Source: Phoronis australis
Taxonomy: Eukaryota > Animalia > Phoronida
Assembly: GCA_002633005.1 (NCBI GenBank)
Contig: NMRA01000162.1
Location: 161,335 to 225,334, forward strand
Reading direction: 5' to 3'
Length of the DNA: 64,000 bases
Shown: positions 62,867-64,000 of the stretch, piece by piece
How the letters are laid out: the number at the start of each line of letters is the position of its first letter
Position numbering within the stretch: the first letter of the stretch is position 1
The notes under the pieces: model-generated
Database searches by the model: none
What the model saw: the letters and a program-made list of their open reading frames with translations, nothing else
Told to the model about the DNA's origin: nothing
Program-made: the position numbers and the translations under genes

Positions 62867-63268
62867 GTCTGTTCAATTGTTAGTCCTAAACTGACGAGGG
62901 AAGGATCTTGTAGTGATCTGCGTTCGGAGAAAACGATTGACAGTGGCATTACTGACATGACACTAGACAAGCGATTAAAGAACAGGAACAAAGCCAAGAA
63001 AGTTGTCAAGCCTGTATCAGATAATGCATTTGCTAATGCGATATCGGAAAGAGGTGAAGTTGACATGACTGGAAAGCTGGCCACGTTGGATATAAAGGGT
63101 GTGGAGTCACAGAAGAAGCGATGCAAGACGCCGCAAGAACTGAAGAAATACTTTGCCAAGATAGGTTCGGCAAAATCTGCTAATAATTCTTTTAAGAGTG
63201 AGAGCAACAAAAAAGTAAGTGGTCAAAACTCCAGGAATGCCTCTTTTAGTAGTGGCAGACATGGCTAG
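62867..63268 (+). CDS. SEC14-spectrin protein, exon 12 (terminal, or spliced out at 63214)
   Basis: ttctag|VCSIVSPKLTREGSCSDLRSEKTIDSGITDMTLDKRLK...GRHG*; a possible phase-0 donor AAA|gtaagt lies at 63214/63215. Confidence 0.7.
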   Translation, partial: VCSIVSPKLTREGSCSDLRSEKTIDSGITDMTLDKRLKNRNKAKKVVKPVSDNAFANAISERGEVDMTGKLATLDIKGVESQKKRCKTPQELKKYFAKIGSAKSANNSFKSESNKKVSGQNSRNASFSSGRHG

Positions 63269-64000
63269 TCAAAGATTCATGGGTATTGATGTGGAACACA
63301 TCGTCACAAATCAAACAATCATTGCTGCCTAACACTGTATGTGAATATTATTTGATGGCATGTTCACAAAGGTCGATAATGATCTTCAGAGTAAAATATG
63401 CTCACTATAGTGCATCGGGTGCTTCTTCTTACCTGGCCCAAGCCAGTGAAGGTGCAATGCCTCATGAATATTCAGTGTCTTCAGATAAGAAAGAAACAAT
63501 CGAGTGAATGATGACTGCACCATAACATGTTGCGAATTGATGTGTATTTTTCAATTAATAATGCCTGCTTATGAATGTGATAGCGCGAAAAAGTTGGTGA
63601 TATGAAAAAATTCAGGACAGTTTTTGGTCACCAGATTTTTCAGTTTTTGGAATACGTTAATCTGTTTAGGTGTATCATGTTATTGAACTGACTCTGAGGG
63701 AAGAAAAGTCTGCTACTGCTTTCTGTTAATTACCAGCTGAGGGGATTTCACATGGAGAGCTTGGGCAGGTGTTGCATACCATCTAAAGTAGCAGATTCAC
63801 ATTGCGTCTCAGTTTCAAAAGGCCTTGTGTGTGAACCACGCCCATGATTTAAAACCATCCGCAAAATTCTAAGCTATGCAGACTAGTTACCCCCTCCAAA
63901 ATGGCATATGGCATTTACTTCGAAAAGTTGTGTTGGAACACCTGTCTATGGTACACAGTCTGTTAAGTCACATATTTTAGTCGCTTATGAAGACGTGTGC

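Overview
AT-rich, intron-containing animal DNA, probably from an invertebrate bilaterian (inference only), with one N-gap at 42610-42869. Four spliced genes were reconstructed by hand from GT-AG junctions with consistent phases. (1) Prenylcysteine oxidase PCYOX1(-like), minus strand, 6 exons, 9929->1936, 501 aa. (2) RNA polymerase subunit RPB10/POLR2L, minus strand, 2 coding exons, 16436->14384, 67 aa; it is absent from the ORF track. (3) A TSPAN4/9-like tetraspanin, plus strand, 7 coding exons, 32697->41035, 242 aa, possibly with an extra upstream coding exon; it is probably transcribed divergently from POLR2L. (4) A SEC14/CRAL-TRIO plus spectrin-repeat protein with a long low-complexity tail, plus strand, 12 exons, 50626->63268, about 1320 aa if the last exon is terminal. 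Just past the tetraspanin poly(A) signal lies a young-looking Penelope-like retroelement insertion, also missed by the ORF track. It has an intact GIY-YIG endonuclease C-terminus, a 94-bp perfect inverted pLTR-like duplication carrying a hammerhead-like motif, and a 16-bp flanking direct repeat. Introns and intergenic DNA are dense in MITEs (families with 5-bp, 6-bp, TA and TTAA target duplications), a tRNA-derived SINE head and minisatellites. I see no evidence for a wholly new biological system; the findings are leads. No database searches or folding computations were run.
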